From Tubiluchus corallicola (Eukaryota > Animalia > Priapulida), in NCBI GenBank assembly GCA_030141605.1, contig JAQGDQ010002375.1, positions 310,001-374,000 on the forward strand: a stretch of DNA of 64,000 bases, in the 5' to 3' direction. Positions 1 to 17,597 of this stretch are shown here, in pieces (within the stretch, counting starts at the first letter, position 1; each line of letters begins with the position of its first letter). The position numbers and the translations under genes were made by a program. The notes beneath the pieces were generated by a model. The model worked only from the letters and a program-made list of their open reading frames with translations. It did no database searches and was not told where the DNA came from.

Positions 1-125
1 TTGCTGGGCAGGGTATGTGAAATCGTTTATCCCAGACGCACTTCTCTTTTAAAAGAAATTTGTGCGTTTTAGCTATTGAGCTGTTGATAAGCCTATAACT
101 AAAGTATGTGAATGTATTATCACAG

Positions 126-237
126 TCATTATACTTGGGTCCTATATGCAAATACGGAACAGAAGAGCAAAAGCAAAAGTATGTCAAACCGTTTATGAAT
201 GGCGACAAGGTGGGATGCTTTGCACTTAGTGAACCAG
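126..237 (+). CDS. ACADS: ACADS exon ([11 protein letters not shown]...CFALSEP)
   Basis: cacag acceptor and gtaatt donor; 112 nt. Confidence 0.95.
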
Positions 238-3200
238 GTAATTATGCTGCATCATTCATGTACTAAGCACAGATAATAATTTTTCCTTTTGAAAGTCGAA
301 GAAAGTATTTAAACTATTGTTACAGAACCAACTAACTGATTAACTGACGTAAAATGCAGTATAATTAATTTTAAATGTGTTTATACTAACTTGTGCATAC
401 ATGTTAAATTTGTTACCTTTGCATCTGGTGCTGCAGGAATACCATACTTTAGGAAGACATTTTGTATGTGTTGCAACAATAAAAGCCAAAAATATGCATA
501 CCACTCAAAACATTTTTTAATTTCAACAACCATCATCATTGTTTGTGTCTTACACAAGTTTTACAAATGCTGTGCTTTTTATTTTTTTTTCAAAATTCCA
601 GTTTGATCAAGCTCACCAACAAATTACGCTATATTTTGGCAAAAGTCTCATGCAAAAGATGTCAGTGCTTTAAGTTCTGGTTAAAATTCCGATTTGTTTG
701 TAAAGTTTGTGATCCAATAATTCACTTCCTTAATGTTGTTCTTTATATTTAATTTAGCATTTCTTTTTAACACCAGGGTTGCAACTTGCTGCAGCACTTT
801 ATTGTCTTACATTATTTTACTTTAACACTGCTAAAATTTGTCTTGTCTGGTTTTAAATGTTTACTGCTTAATATAAAAACCCACTGGCTGGTACAAGTTA
901 ACAAGATTGTATTTATTTTCTCCTAAATAAACTTCACTGTAAAAAAGTGACTGTTGTTATAGGCAATGGAAGTGATGCTGGTGCGGCTTCTACAACAGCC
1001 AAGTCACATGGTGGAAAGTGGATTTTAAATGGGACAAAAGCATGGATTACTAATGGTTACGAAGCAGAGGGTGTGCTCTTGTTTGCAACTACTGACAAAT
1101 CTCAAAAGCATAAGGTGCTCTTATAATTTTAGCAACAATAACATTAAATTAGATTATAGTTTGATGTAAATGAACGTATTGCGTTTCTTTTATTATTCTC
1201 GTAAAGTATTCATGCCTTCTGGTATTATATGTCTGCTGTAATACAAGAAAAAACAACTTAAACAGCTTTTGTCTGATGCCATATTATAGGACAGATTAAT
1301 ATTCGGATATCTTAGTGTGTTGTATCACCTTAGACAATATATAATGCTGCGAATTAATCGTAACATCAAGATTATTATTACTGATATTACAAACTTAAAG
1401 TTAATTAAATTTTGATACCAAACTTTAAAGACAGGAAATCAGAAGCGAGAATGCTGCCTGAATTTGAACCAGAGTGTCTCTTCTGCTTATGAGGCAGATG
1501 CTTAGACCATTAGGCCACTGCTTTGGTTTAAGCATCAGCCTTGTAAGCAGTATAGGTCCCTGGTTCAAATCCAGGCTGAACTACGACTTCTTTACATTTT
1601 CTGTCTTTCAAGTTTGGTATTAAAAATTCAACTAATTTGTGCACTACCAATAATACGGTGAATTTCTTTACTAAAGACCTCTTCAAGGGAAAGGATACGA
1701 AGCCAAGAAGTTTTGCAGAGACTGCATCCTCATGTACATAATAGGTATGGATATTTTGTGCAGTGGCTAGTAGGAGTTCTGTACATGTATTTACAGGGCA
1801 TTAGTGCATTTCTGACACCAAAGCCGTATGATGGGTTATCAATTGGTAAAAAGGAAGATAAACTTGGCATTAAAGCTTCGTCTACGACTACGTTGATTTT
1901 TGAAGATTGTTCTATAACCGAAGATCACTTGTTGGGTGAACCAGGAATGGGCTTCAAAATAGCAATGGTAAGCTGCCATGTTAATAAGATGATAAAAAGT
2001 TGGTGTTGTGACTATTTTTATCTGTATGTTTTTTATCTTACGCAACTATATCTAATTATGAACAGTACTAGGTAGATCAAAAATATACTTTTAGAAGTTA
2101 TTTAGTTAGAATTCAAAGGACTAATTCTCTGAATTTTATCACATCCAAAAAACAAAAAAACAGTTGAAAAACTTTACATCTTTTGTTATATAATTTAATT
2201 CTACTTAAAATTGAGAGTGCTTTCATTGGGGGAAAAGCAACAAAACTGAAAATAAATTTAAAGTAAAATAAACAAAACTGTTGGGTATGTACTCAAACCT
2301 TATAACACATTGTAAAAAGCCTAGTGTTAAATTTCAGTAAAAAAGTAATTTGTTGTTTGTTTACACGCTTTTTTTCTTTAATTAACATTAACAGTTGTGT
2401 GTAATATATATATACATATGCAGAATCTTTCTTTTGCAAATGTAGCATAAGCACCACTAAATTTGCAGTTTAGCCAATTTTGCAATAGTACATAGCTATA
2501 ACATATATATATATATGTAATTACTTTGCTTGCCACTATTTTCTTTCTGCCTTGTAGTTTTAAAATAATGTTTCTTTGGCTTCGAACAGGCATTTATTAC
2601 AAATATTACAACATTTTGGTCCCTTCAATATTAATTATAGCCATGTTATATAGTCTAAATTTTTGCCCTATTTACATAAAACTTTGCTAGGAAATTAAGC
2701 AATTATGCAATCTTTTGTTTTTCACTTTAGGAAACTTTAGATTCTGGACGAATTGGTATTGCAGCTCAAGCATTAGGAATTGCACAGGTACTTAACTGCA
2801 ACTTAGTACATTGGTTACTTTATATATACAGTCAAACCTTTTTATACCCACTTTAGGACTGCAAAAAAGTTGATATTAAGCGAGTTTGGCATTATAACGA
2901 GGTGCATTAATGCATATACATGTCTATGCAAATATAGACATTTTATTTTGCTAAAAATTTGGGCGTTAAGTATGGTTGGCATTATAAAGGGAGCGTTACA
3001 GCTAAATTCGGCTGTATGTAATTGAATGTATATTTACAAATATGTTTGTCTCAATTATTACTATAATTTACAAAGAAACCATTAATTGGAGTATGACTGT
3101 GAATACCAGAATGTTACTAAACCATTGACAAAGTAATGAACACTGATATTAGGTTAGACATAATAGCCAAACATTTCAGCATGATGAATTATTTTCAGAA

Positions 3201-4604
3201 ATTCTCAAACTGTGTAGTACATGTACTTATGACTGTATTTCAATAGAAATCATATTGTTTATAGTTTACTAACTATATTGGATTAATTGGATGTAATTTA
3301 ATACTATACTTATTTAATTCTGGTGATGTATTGTAATATACTTCTTTGCAGGCATCACTAGATTGTGCAGTTGACTATGCAACAAAACGAGAAGCATTTG
3401 GCCAAGCAATTTCAAAGCTACAAGCAATACAGGTAGATAATATACAAGTACCAGATCCTTCAATTCTTTTACTATTTCATTTTTAATAACTGACATTGAC
3501 TTTTAAGTTTTATCTTTGCAATATTATGCAACTACTGTATTCCATCTTTAACAAAACTTCCTAGCTATTCTGCTAATAGGCATAAAAATTTGAGCTTTAT
3601 GAGCTCTGTGCAACAATTAAAAACTCTTATTTTTAGTTTTCATAGTTTTTCACTGAAATTTTTTGGCATATTGTAAATTTTAAAGTCCTTGGAGAGTTTT
3701 TGAATATTGTATGAAGTAAAAAAAATGAAATTTTTATGGCAGTCTTTAACCACTTACAGTTTGTTACAATTTCGTGTTACGGAATCTTTCTACTTTTTCT
3801 GCGAATAGAAACTAATTCTGACTGTAAAAGAAATCTCTCGACAAGATCTCTGCATAGTAGAATTTACACATGACAAACTGTGTAAATTGATTTGTGGGTA
3901 AAATTTTGAGTTTAGACATCAAACTCTTTTTGAATAAAAGATGAAGTGATTTTCAGCTAAAATTTGTGTGTGTTGTACTCCGATTAGAAATTGATGCAAC
4001 CTCGATAATTTATTTATATCAGGTAACCATACTAAAGCAAATTAAGTTTCAGTCTTGAGGAACTAGGATTTTCATGGCTCAACAAAAATCTGTGAAGTTT
4101 GAATTCCATTATTAGGTCTTATGATGTTTGACATTATTTCCCATTGTTTTTTGCAGTTGAAGTTAGCAGACATGTCATTACAGCTGGAATCCGCAAGGCT
4201 GCTGACATGGCGTGCTGCTTCACTAAAAGATGCGGGACTTCCGTTCACCAAGGAAGCAGCAATGGCCAAGTTAGCAGCATCTGAAGCGGCAACATTTTGT
4301 TCCCATCAGGTAATCAAATTTAATTTCTGATGTTTTGCTGTGTGCTAATTGCTTGTTTGTTATAGAAATGTTGCTTCAAAATGCGTAATAGCTGCTCGCA
4401 CATTTTTATTAGGTTTTTCTTGTCTTCTAACATTTTTCTCACCATTTTAAGGCAATTCAAATCCTAGGAGGCATGGGATATGTGACAGAAATGCCCGCAG
4501 AGAGACATTACAGGGATGCCCGAATCACAGAAATTTACGAAGGAACTAGTGAGATACAGCGGCTAGTGATAGCTAACAACCTGTTAAAAGAATATGTCTT
4601 CTAA
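126..4604 (+). CDS. ACADS: Short-chain specific acyl-CoA dehydrogenase, mitochondrial (5'-partial; 7 exons, 292 aa in window)
   Basis: Exons 126-237, 963-1114, 1797-1967, 2731-2787, 3352-3432, 4157-4309 and 4452-4604 join in frame with GT-AG borders. Motifs include [51 protein letters not shown] and [37 protein letters not shown]. The N-terminal exons lie upstream of the window. Confidence 0.96.
963..1114 (+). CDS. ACADS: ACADS exon ([10 protein letters not shown]...DKSQKHK)
   Basis: tatag acceptor and gtgctc donor; 152 nt. Confidence 0.95.
1389..1640. mobile_element. Palindromic element made of two head-to-head tRNA-derived units (in an ACADS intron)
   Basis: The minus unit (~1453-1521) has an A-box TGGCCTAATGG, an anticodon-like hairpin tctgc-ctcataa-gcaga and a B-box GGTTCAAATTC. 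The plus unit (~1524-1577) has loop cttgtaa and a B-box GGTTCAAATCC. Both continue into the same tail (ctgtcttt.aagtttggtat.aaaa). Confidence 0.7.
1797..1967 (+). CDS. ACADS: ACADS exon (GISAFL...GFKIAM)
   Basis: tacag acceptor and gtaagc donor; 171 nt. Confidence 0.96.
2731..2787 (+). CDS. ACADS: ACADS exon ([19 protein letters not shown])
   Basis: tttag acceptor and gtactt donor; 57 nt. Confidence 0.95.
2829..3014. mobile_element. Tc1/mariner (pogo/Tigger-like) MITE, TA-flanked; partial inverted copy at ~20637-20745
   Basis: TA|CAGTCAAACC...ttcggCTG|TA with imperfect TIRs; bases 2830-2935 match the reverse complement of ~20637-20745. Confidence 0.6.
3352..3432 (+). CDS. ACADS: ACADS exon (ASLDCAVDY...KLQAIQ)
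   Basis: tgcag acceptor and gtagat donor; 81 nt. Confidence 0.95.
4157..4309 (+). CDS. ACADS: ACADS exon (LKLADM...FCSHQ)
   Basis: tgcag acceptor and gtaatc donor; 153 nt. Confidence 0.96.
4452..4604 (+). CDS. ACADS: ACADS last coding exon (AIQILGGMG...KEYVF*)
   Basis: ttaag acceptor; TAA at 4602-4604; contains the catalytic YEGTSEIQR motif. Confidence 0.96.
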   Translation, partial: AIQILGGMGYVTEMPAERHYRDARITEIYEGTSEIQRLVIANNLLKEYVF

Positions 4605-5429
4605 TCTCATGTTGGGCCTGTTAGTTAATTTTATTTAGTAAAATGCTGTCAATTGCAACAGTAGCGATAAATTAACATTAATGTCATTATTATTATTAAA
4701 GTGGTCACTATGAGTTAAGTGAAGTATGAGAGATCATTATAAATAGAGATTACAAGACTATTTTTGTATGGATAGATGACTTCGAGATTTTGAATCCGGC
4801 TCAACCAGATATACGTCAACGAGAATTCATTGCATTAATTTTAAAATAACCTATGATTTTAGGTCATTTGACCCAAATTAATGGCCTAGTTCAGTGCACC
4901 ATTGAACCCACTAGTTTTGGTTTCCCCATTCAAGGCAGGGTGCAAATACCATTAAGCTTGCTATCTTTAATAACACATAAATTGTCATTAGCTTGGTGTA
5001 CATGATCTTCTTAATGGGTTTTGTCCTCTGACTTAGATGAGGAGATGAACCCTGTTTCTGGTTTTCAGTTTGTTGTTAAAAATTTGCATGTACGAACCTT
5101 ATATTTACACTCTGTGGGAGCTAAACCTATCACCAAGCCACGTATGACCCTCTATGTGCCCCACACATACGCAGCAGGTCCTGATTCAATTCCAGACTTC
5201 TGGTTCAACATTTTCAAACTTCCTGTTTTTAAAAGTTGGTATAAAAATTAACGTTATGTGTATTTGTACCACCATAATGCCCCCTAGTTTCAAATATTTA
5301 GAAGAATCGAGAGAATAGATATGTTATCACCATCATCATACAGTTAGCTTGTGCACCTCATTATTTGAGCTGAAAATTATGAAAGAATATCAAGCAATTT
5401 GTAAATTTTTGCCATAATCGTAAAATCGT

Positions 5430-5654
5430 AATAAAATGCAGTGTGACAATATGATGTGTATATATACAACATGCAATCATAAGCAAAAATTGGCTACATG
5501 TGTAACTGCTATTACGATTCATCCGATTGTTCATTTCCTGATTTTGACTGAAAGCTTAAGTTGTGTCTGTGTCACAGTCGTGATTTCTGTTAAGTATCTG
5601 AAGAATTTCTTTATTTACAGTAGTTATAAATAAAATTGTTACTTTGTGAAATAA
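5430..5654 (+). terminator. Candidate polyadenylation signals of ACADS
   Basis: AATAAA at 5430, 5629 and 5649, followed by GT/T-rich sequence; the site actually used is unknown. Confidence 0.4.
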
Positions 5655-6384
5655 ATATAGCCAGATTTGTATGGTGTTGCATATCTTTATTTATTTATTT
5701 ATTTATTATAACATCACTATCTTTCATAATGATGACTCATTAAACAACATGTTCTATAACTATCTTGATTAACATAATGTGCACTAATAGTGCTATGGTA
5801 CCTGGTGTGTCTGATTAAATAGTGCTGCTTCTGTTTTACTGCTCTATTTATTATTCTGTATGGCATAGCTATGATAAAAAATACTCATAAAATTATTTTT
5901 ATATCCACAATTTTTATGGTGAATTGGGAGCAAAAGCACTATTTGATTATTAATACCACAATGCAGAATATCTAGAATTTGCACATTTGCATATAAAATT
6001 TGCAGTTTGTCCCGTTTGAGCCATTTTTGAAAAGATCCTAACTTATATTAAGTGATCTAAAAATTTAAAAATTTTTAATAAATGGAAACTGTTTAGCTTG
6101 AACGAAACACTAGAACAAGATACCGTTTTTAAAGTAATAGACATTTGTCATTGGTGTCAAAAGCAAATTTCGTAATGTTTTCGAATTTTTTTCTATATCT
6201 AATAATGTTTATTGTCAAAGTGTCCACATTTTTCTGAACTGAACAGGCAAGTGAAGCGTAATTACTCTTTCCAATTAGTCTGCAGTTTTTTATATTATTG
6301 TTTTTGTTCATTCACCTATTTTTTCTTTATTTATTTTTATACAAATAGTCCCAAAGAAGGCCAGCAAACTGACGGCATTATAAC

Positions 6385-6818
6385 TAGGGGTGAGCATCGA
6401 ACGTTCGAGTTCGAACGTTCGAATCGAATTCGAACGCTCGAATTCGATTCGAACGAGTTTTTTCAGTTCGAACTCGATTCGAATCCAAAACTATAGATTC
6501 GAATAATTCAGCACTTCAATCACATATGTTCCTGATCATTAAAACGATTGAAACATCATGCAATTTGCATAATTTAGCTATGATTTCTGCACACAATTTT
6601 AAAGAAATTACTAGTTGTTTTATTGCAGAACAAAATTGAGTGATATGTATGATCTTTGTAAGACTAATTTTTACTTGTGGTTCGAAAACTTGTTCGAAAA
6701 TCTTTCAATCTCAATTCGAATTCGATTCGAATTCGAAACATTGAAGTTCGGTTCGATTCGAAAGTCACAAATTCGATTCGATTCGAATTCGCTTTCTGGT
6801 AGAGAATGCTGACCCCTA
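6385..6818. mobile_element. hAT-superfamily MITE with TTCGAA-rich subterminal repeats
   Basis: TIRs TAGGGGTGAGCAT / ATGCTGACCCCTA; perfect 8-bp TSD ATTATAAC at 6377-6384 and 6819-6826; older inverted copy at 33959-34385. Confidence 0.88.
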
Positions 6819-7209
6819 ATTATAACCCTAAAGTGCTGCAGCAGAAATGGGAAAATATGACTACTGGTATAGAAAGTAAAATAATTCTTAAATTTGGTTG
6901 CAATGATAGAGGACATGTTGATTTCTGCCCTAGTTTTCTATTAGTTTACTATTAATTTAGTTGACTGCTACATCAATGGTGTAAAGAGTGTTAGTAAGTA
7001 GTTCCACTAAGCCTCAGTTGTGACATCTGTTGACAAGAAAGATTACTCATTATAAATAGCTAGGTGTTCTTTAAATTTCTTGTTGAAGCAGGTGGGATTG
7101 CAGCTGTTTGTTGCTTATTTTATTGTTGCACAGACAACAAAAATAATAATTATTTTTAGGGCAAATGTGTAACTCACTTCAGACCAGTTTCAATAGCGTT
7201 GCTCACTTT

Positions 7210-7544
7210 GAACAAGCAGGGTCGCAGACGTAGGTCGCAGAAAAATGAAACATAGACGAGTGCGCCGTCTGACAATGAACGTTTTTCAATTTTTGGCTTT
7301 CAACGTTATCCAATTTGTGCTTGTGCGCATAATATTTTTGTTTTACTGAATCATTATCCTTTTGAATATTTTCATTGTTAAAAATAGTTCATTTCATTTA
7401 ATTGTTCCGTGCCTCGGTCGTACTTGTTGAGTGCGAGTTGCTTCATAGAGAACTTCTTGAAAGATATTCATTTTTTGTTAGGCTAAGGATAGCTGTGAGC
7501 CTGAGACGCGTTCGCAGTTACAATTTGAAAAACCAAGTTAAAAG
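7210..7544 (+). promoter_or_regulatory. Putative SKP1 promoter and non-coding first exon
   Basis: Local CpG enrichment, direct repeat GGTCGCAGA at 7220 and 7233, and donor AAAG|GTTAGT at 7544/7545. The SKP1 ATG sits directly after an acceptor, so an upstream non-coding exon is required. Confidence 0.5.
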
Positions 7545-7978
7545 GTTAGTTTGAAACTGTAACAGCGGCTTAGGTTATTTTGGCGATATATTAATACCAT
7601 TCAAAAATCAAGATTTGAATCGGTTGGAAAATTCGCGTGATAGGCCTATTCTTTTCTGGACATAGTAATTGGTTATGAAGGCATAGTTAAAAATTTTGAA
7701 TGACTTGTTTAAACTGTTTTTATAGTACAACTATGATTAGAATAGAACAACTAAGGAACGCACTAAATGATCAGCTAACAGGTTTATTTGCAACGTATGT
7801 TTACCTGAAGGCAGTCACGACATGTAGTGTTAAGAAATACATTAGTAGATTGGTGAGATTATGTGTATATAAGTTTGTGATGAAATTAAAATTATAACAA
7901 CCAGTAACAAGAGGAAAAGCATGTGCAGAGGAGTAAGAATGGTGAGGATTAGTTGGGAGAGGATGATGGAATTATATA

Positions 7979-8461
7979 CTGTATTTTCCCATGTATAAGA
8001 GACCCTTGTGTATAAGAGACCCCTTCAATTTTTAGGCAAAAATTCTGGAAAAAAGTTTTCTGGTAATGAATAACTTTATTCACCATAGAAATCATTAAAT
8101 TCCTCAAGTCTCTTCTCCGTTCTCATTGCTCTCCACCATCTCTTTAGGTTTAGGATAAGAATATAAATTTGCAGGATAAGAAGCACGTTTTTTAATTTCG
8201 GACATTTTTAGAGGGTAGAGTACAACTTTTTTCAACTCAGTGCGGTGCTGAAAACAAAATAAAACCAATTAATGTGTTGTAAAAAAAGAGTACTGGTATA
8301 TATTAAAGTGCGTACCTGCAAACCTGTAACAGGAAAAGAGAAAACTTCAAAAGCCTTATTGAAAATAAGAGTCCCGACTTACTCCCATGTATAAGAGACC
8401 CCCTATTTTTAAAGTGAAAATTCTGAGCAAAAAGGGGTCTCTTATACACGGGAAAATACGG
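7979..8461. mobile_element. Tc1/mariner-type MITE (CCGTATTTTCCC family), copy 1, in the SKP1 5' intron
   Basis: TA flanks; TIRs CTGTATTTTCCCATGTATAAGAGACCC / GGGTCTCTTATACACGGGAAAATACGG; near-identical ends to 27299-27753. Confidence 0.88.
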
Positions 8462-9266
8462 TAATAGATGAAACAACAATGTGAATTATGGTTAATGATA
8501 CTCAGATATTTGGCATGAAAATGAAGGATCACATTGATAACCATATATTAGAGAGAACGTATTTTGAATGACTTTACCAATGTATTTTGTTCTGTTCTGT
8601 ACCTGACATAAATGACATCTGTGCAATGGAATATTTTAGTCTATTGATGAAGCCACTTGCTGAAATTCAGCTACCTTCGGATTTCTTCTTCTTTCAGAAG
8701 AACAATGGATTTATCATATTACAAGTCAGTTAGTTATTAAATGCAGTTGACAGCATGGATTAGATTAGATCTATTAGATTATCAATTTATTTTCTCCTTC
8801 AGTTTACACAACTGTAAAAACACAACAAAAGGATAACAGACAAAGGATGGTGGAAAAGCAATGTCAGGGCTAACGAGTCAACAAAGCTTTGCAGAGGAAA
8901 CATGATTATGAAAATACATAAGTACTCAGAAATGCAAAAAATACAAAAAGCAGCCATTCAAGTTTAATAGCATTGAAATAAAGCAAAGCTGTTTGCAAAG
9001 CAGGTCAAAACTAAGCAGCTAACTTATTTGTGGCAATGCATATAGTGTGCTGCTGAAGCATGCAAGCAGTAAATTAGGGTGTAATTGATAAGGCCTGAAC
9101 TATAGGGTTCCATGTAATAAAATGATAAGATTCAATGTCACTTGTGAACGATAGCATAAGTTTGTAAATGGGAAGCAACTATTTCAGAGACTACCAACAG
9201 AAAGATATGCACTAGCTTTTTGATATTACTGCTGGATCAGAAATAGACTTGTGGCATTTTGCTGTA

Positions 9267-9689
9267 CACTCATATCTCGGTTGTGAGACAAAAGTGGGGA
9301 GATGTTGGTCCGAATTTGCCGTTTGTCCGTATTTTCTGATACTAAACTAATATACTAGGCACCGTGTATTAGACTCATGGTAATGTAGAATCAATTGCCT
9401 AATTGTCTCAAAAACATCTAGTACAGGCCACGCCTATGCAAAAGTATATAAAAACTATTGGCAATTGACTCAAGTAACTCCGCATATTTGTCTCTATTTT
9501 TATACATAGAAATATACAAATGGTTACACTGATGTACGTGATGTAAACAAAGTGGCGACCTGCCAACTAGCGGTCAGCTCGTGAAATAACGGGCTGCGTC
9601 TGTATTATACGGGACTTCTGACGGATCAGATTTTGTCTGAATTTTCCGATATTCGTAAAAGCGAGGTCCAATAAACCGAGATACGAGTG
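9267..9689. mobile_element. TA-flanked MITE (Tc1/mariner-like) just upstream of the first SKP1 coding exon
   Basis: TIRs CACTCATATCTCGGTT / AACCGAGATACGAGTG with TA on both sides. Confidence 0.75.
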
Positions 9690-9774
9690 TACGCATATAC
9701 GCTGAGGTATAGCTACAGTAAATAATACATTTTATGGTGTGCGTTGCTTGTAAATGTTTAAATTATTTTTCTAG

Positions 9775-14117
<4,343 letters not shown>

Positions 14118-17100
14118 GCAAGCAAACAGTGCTAACATCTGGTGGATGAATTGCAAGTCATGCCATCCAGTGTATATTTTAATTTATCCAAAACTATAAT
14201 TAAACAATTGTTGTTATTATTGACATGTTAATTAAGTTGCAGATGCTTAGACGGGAGACCTGCTTTTCTGTCATCGTTGCACTTTTCCAAACTGCTGAAA
14301 TGGGATATTATTAAACGATTAACAAACTCTGCAGATCATTTATACCAACTACTGATGATTCTGCACTTTGGCTTATGCTTTTTGTATCAATTTTCCATTC
14401 ATTTATCGACTTCAACAACTCTTAGCTTCGAAAAGGAAGCATTTTCTTTAAGCCTTGAAAATTAAAAGTATCATAAAAGTTTGATGCAAAAAAGTATGCC
14501 TGGTTTTAGTAAAATTGTGTGTAGTTGCAATACAGGTAATCATCAACTTACGACATGTGACTATATTAATGACCACATCTTATTTAATTAATTATACAAA
14601 ACCAACTAGAACTCACATTTTTTTTAAACAAATTAACTTTAAATCGATGTCTCCTTTGATAATTCATCGCATCCATACTTAGTGCACGTGCCACCATACT
14701 TAGTACATGTCCATATGCAACAACGCCTTGCATGTAGGGGCGCTCCGCTTTAATCTATGTTGAATATTCGGGTCCGACTTGCGTCCGATTCGTCGTACGA
14801 TTAATCCGACGGAATCAATTGTGGCAAGTCGATGACTATCTGTACTTAAAATTATTTACAGACATTTGGCATGCACACAACAAGCATGAGCTTTTAACAT
14901 ACAAGAGTTTTTCTGTGAATAAGGTTTTTTGTATGCACATTCATATTTATTTCATAGTGATTATTTCTGTTACACTTATCTTTGCATCTTGTTTCACGAT
15001 GTAAAATTTTAGTGGATCTGTATAACAAGAGTCTGTGGTCTGTCGCTTAGCGTTGTATTATTTTAATGTATTTAATGTACAGATTAGCTGTATCTCTTCA
15101 TTAAATTATACACAAATATGAGATTAAACGGTTTGAGCAAAGGCAAATGCATTTATCAAATTATCAACTGTTTTTGCAAACATTAGTCTACACGATGTGT
15201 CCAGATGGCAAACAGATTTTTACTTTCTGTAAATAAGAATACTGATGCATTTTCTAGGTTTTCTGGCTTTTGTCGCATTGTCTTTGATGTAAAGCTGTGT
15301 GAAAAAATGAACAGTCATTAACCCTTTACTTCTAGTGATTAGTATGGTGTAGCAGCATTTTAGTGAACGTTTGTGCAGTACATCGTATTACAGCTTGCTT
15401 ACAATAAAACTGTTGTCAGTGCTTTTATCGTCTGTTTAATTGCAAGCAGAGCTTTTAATATCATATATGATTAAATTTTGTTTGCAGTTTTCTGGTTACT
15501 GAGTTTATAATAAACTTTTACATGAAATTTAAATGTGTTTTAACAGTTTATCTTCAATCACTTGCTTCATTATGACATATGCAGATTATCTGAAGGCTAA
15601 GCCAGGAAAACCAAATGTATTCTACACTTACTTTTAACTGTTTCACACCTGCTGTTTTGCAAAAAATGCTTTGCCAGAGAGATAGTGTTTCAAATATGCA
15701 TAGCCATTTCTGAATTTACCGTTCACGAATTAAATTTTCAAAGAATTATTAAGCATTGTAAAATACACGCTCAGATTATCAAGATTTGCATACTCTCGAA
15801 AACACGTCGGTGTTGTATCTTTTGTGACACCTACTCTGATCCGAAAAATTACATGCAAAGTACCATCTAGAAATGTTGAAGTTGTTCTAGTACGTGTTTT
15901 AATTGTGCCTCCATTTCTTAGATATTAATTTGTTTCTCGTATTTGGAGAAAATCAAAACCTATAGGCCATAGGCTAAGCAGTCATTTGTAGTTCCGCACA
16001 GGTATGACTAGTGTTTTTAATATTTGCTTTTCTGCAGCATCATCCCCCAAATTTTTAATTATACGGCAAACTTATTTTTGCCATTCTAGTAAATTTGCTA
16101 TAAAGTGTTAAACTAGGTTTTTTAAAGTTGCACTTTTTTCTTTTTTTCATATTCTTATCATTTGTCTGTCCTAAAAACGTGATGAGCAAAAACCTGCGTA
16201 TTTCTTACATGGTAATCAAATCACAGAGAGAAATAAAATTTTCGAATACGTTTTGGTTCGTGCCAAGTAAAGTATGATAAACTAATTAATGAATAGAATT
16301 ATGGTTAAAGCAATATGACCAAATAGAGATTTGAAATTTGTTCGAGTTCGAATGTTAGCTTCGTAGCAATTGTAAGCCACAAAAAATGCTTAAATTTTCT
16401 GGAACTTGAGAAGCTATTTTACAGCTGTTAATCTTTTCCTTGTATGACACAGATTGTGAATGAGAATAAAAGCTGGTGAAGTTAATATTCTGCTCATAGT
16501 TACACTTGTGAAAAAATATTGGCTGTAAGAGGTGGCAGATTACTTACATGCAAGGATTTCACGCAAAAAAGTCTCTATGGAGCATCTCTAATTTTGAAAC
16601 ATACTTCATCTTGAGAAGTAGCTGGAGACCAAAGCATTTGGTAGCAGAGGATTAACAGTGTTATGTCCGTCGACGAATGAACACCAAATATGGTATTGGC
16701 ATTGTCACGTGTGTTTCATCTGCCCACATGCTTTGTTAACTACGGCAACAGGTACAATGTGGGAAAACAATTACCTGTGCGAACATTATACTGCTAGAGC
16801 TAATATTGAATATGTCATTCAACATGTAATTTAATAATGGTAGTCCTATTAGCCAAGCAGGTAAATGTACATACTCTTATAAGAAGTGTTTGGCTTCTGA
16901 CAAATGTAATCTATTACACGAAATGTTATGCCGCAGACAAACAATCTATTGTGTCAGTTGTAATGTAAATGACACACATTTGTTATAGTTATGCTGATGT
17001 ACTGCTATGGACTTGCTCATTTGATATATATGTATTAAATATATCTGTGATGTATCTGCATGGAGAAGTGATTTAAAAGACACTTATGGCTTTTTGACAT

Positions 17101-17597
17101 CTTGCGTTTGAACAACTTCTAATGAATAAAAGAAGCCAATTAACATTTATTTATCAGTTGACAATCTCAGGTAATATAATATGAAAGAATCTCTGAATAA
17201 TGCAAACTCCATAGCATGCAAGAACATAGAAAAATTGAACATTCGTATTATTAAAATAAAGCATATTTTAGTACAGTATCTCTTATAATGGTTTCGTTAT
17301 TCAGTTTCTTTCATGTTACTGTGTATTGGAATAAAATGTTATCATTGGTCATAAGGTCAAGAACGTTTTCTGACCGTGTGCTCACTCAACTTTGTACGGG
17401 TGTGTTGTGTTAAGTACTTAGGCACAGGTTATTGCCAAGTTTAAGACTATAACGAGTAAAGGTATGCAGGCAGTTGTATGATGTAATAACTACAGGTATG
17501 TGGGTAACTCACGGAATTAGTTTGATGATGCGCAAAGCGCTGCAAACACCATACTCGCAAGGCTTTGTATCTATTTCTATTATGGTTGTGGATAACC

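Noticed and set aside
1453-1521. Functional tRNA-Met(CAT) on the minus strand
   Set aside because: The acceptor stem has mismatches, the variable region is irregular, and it is one arm of a repeat palindrome
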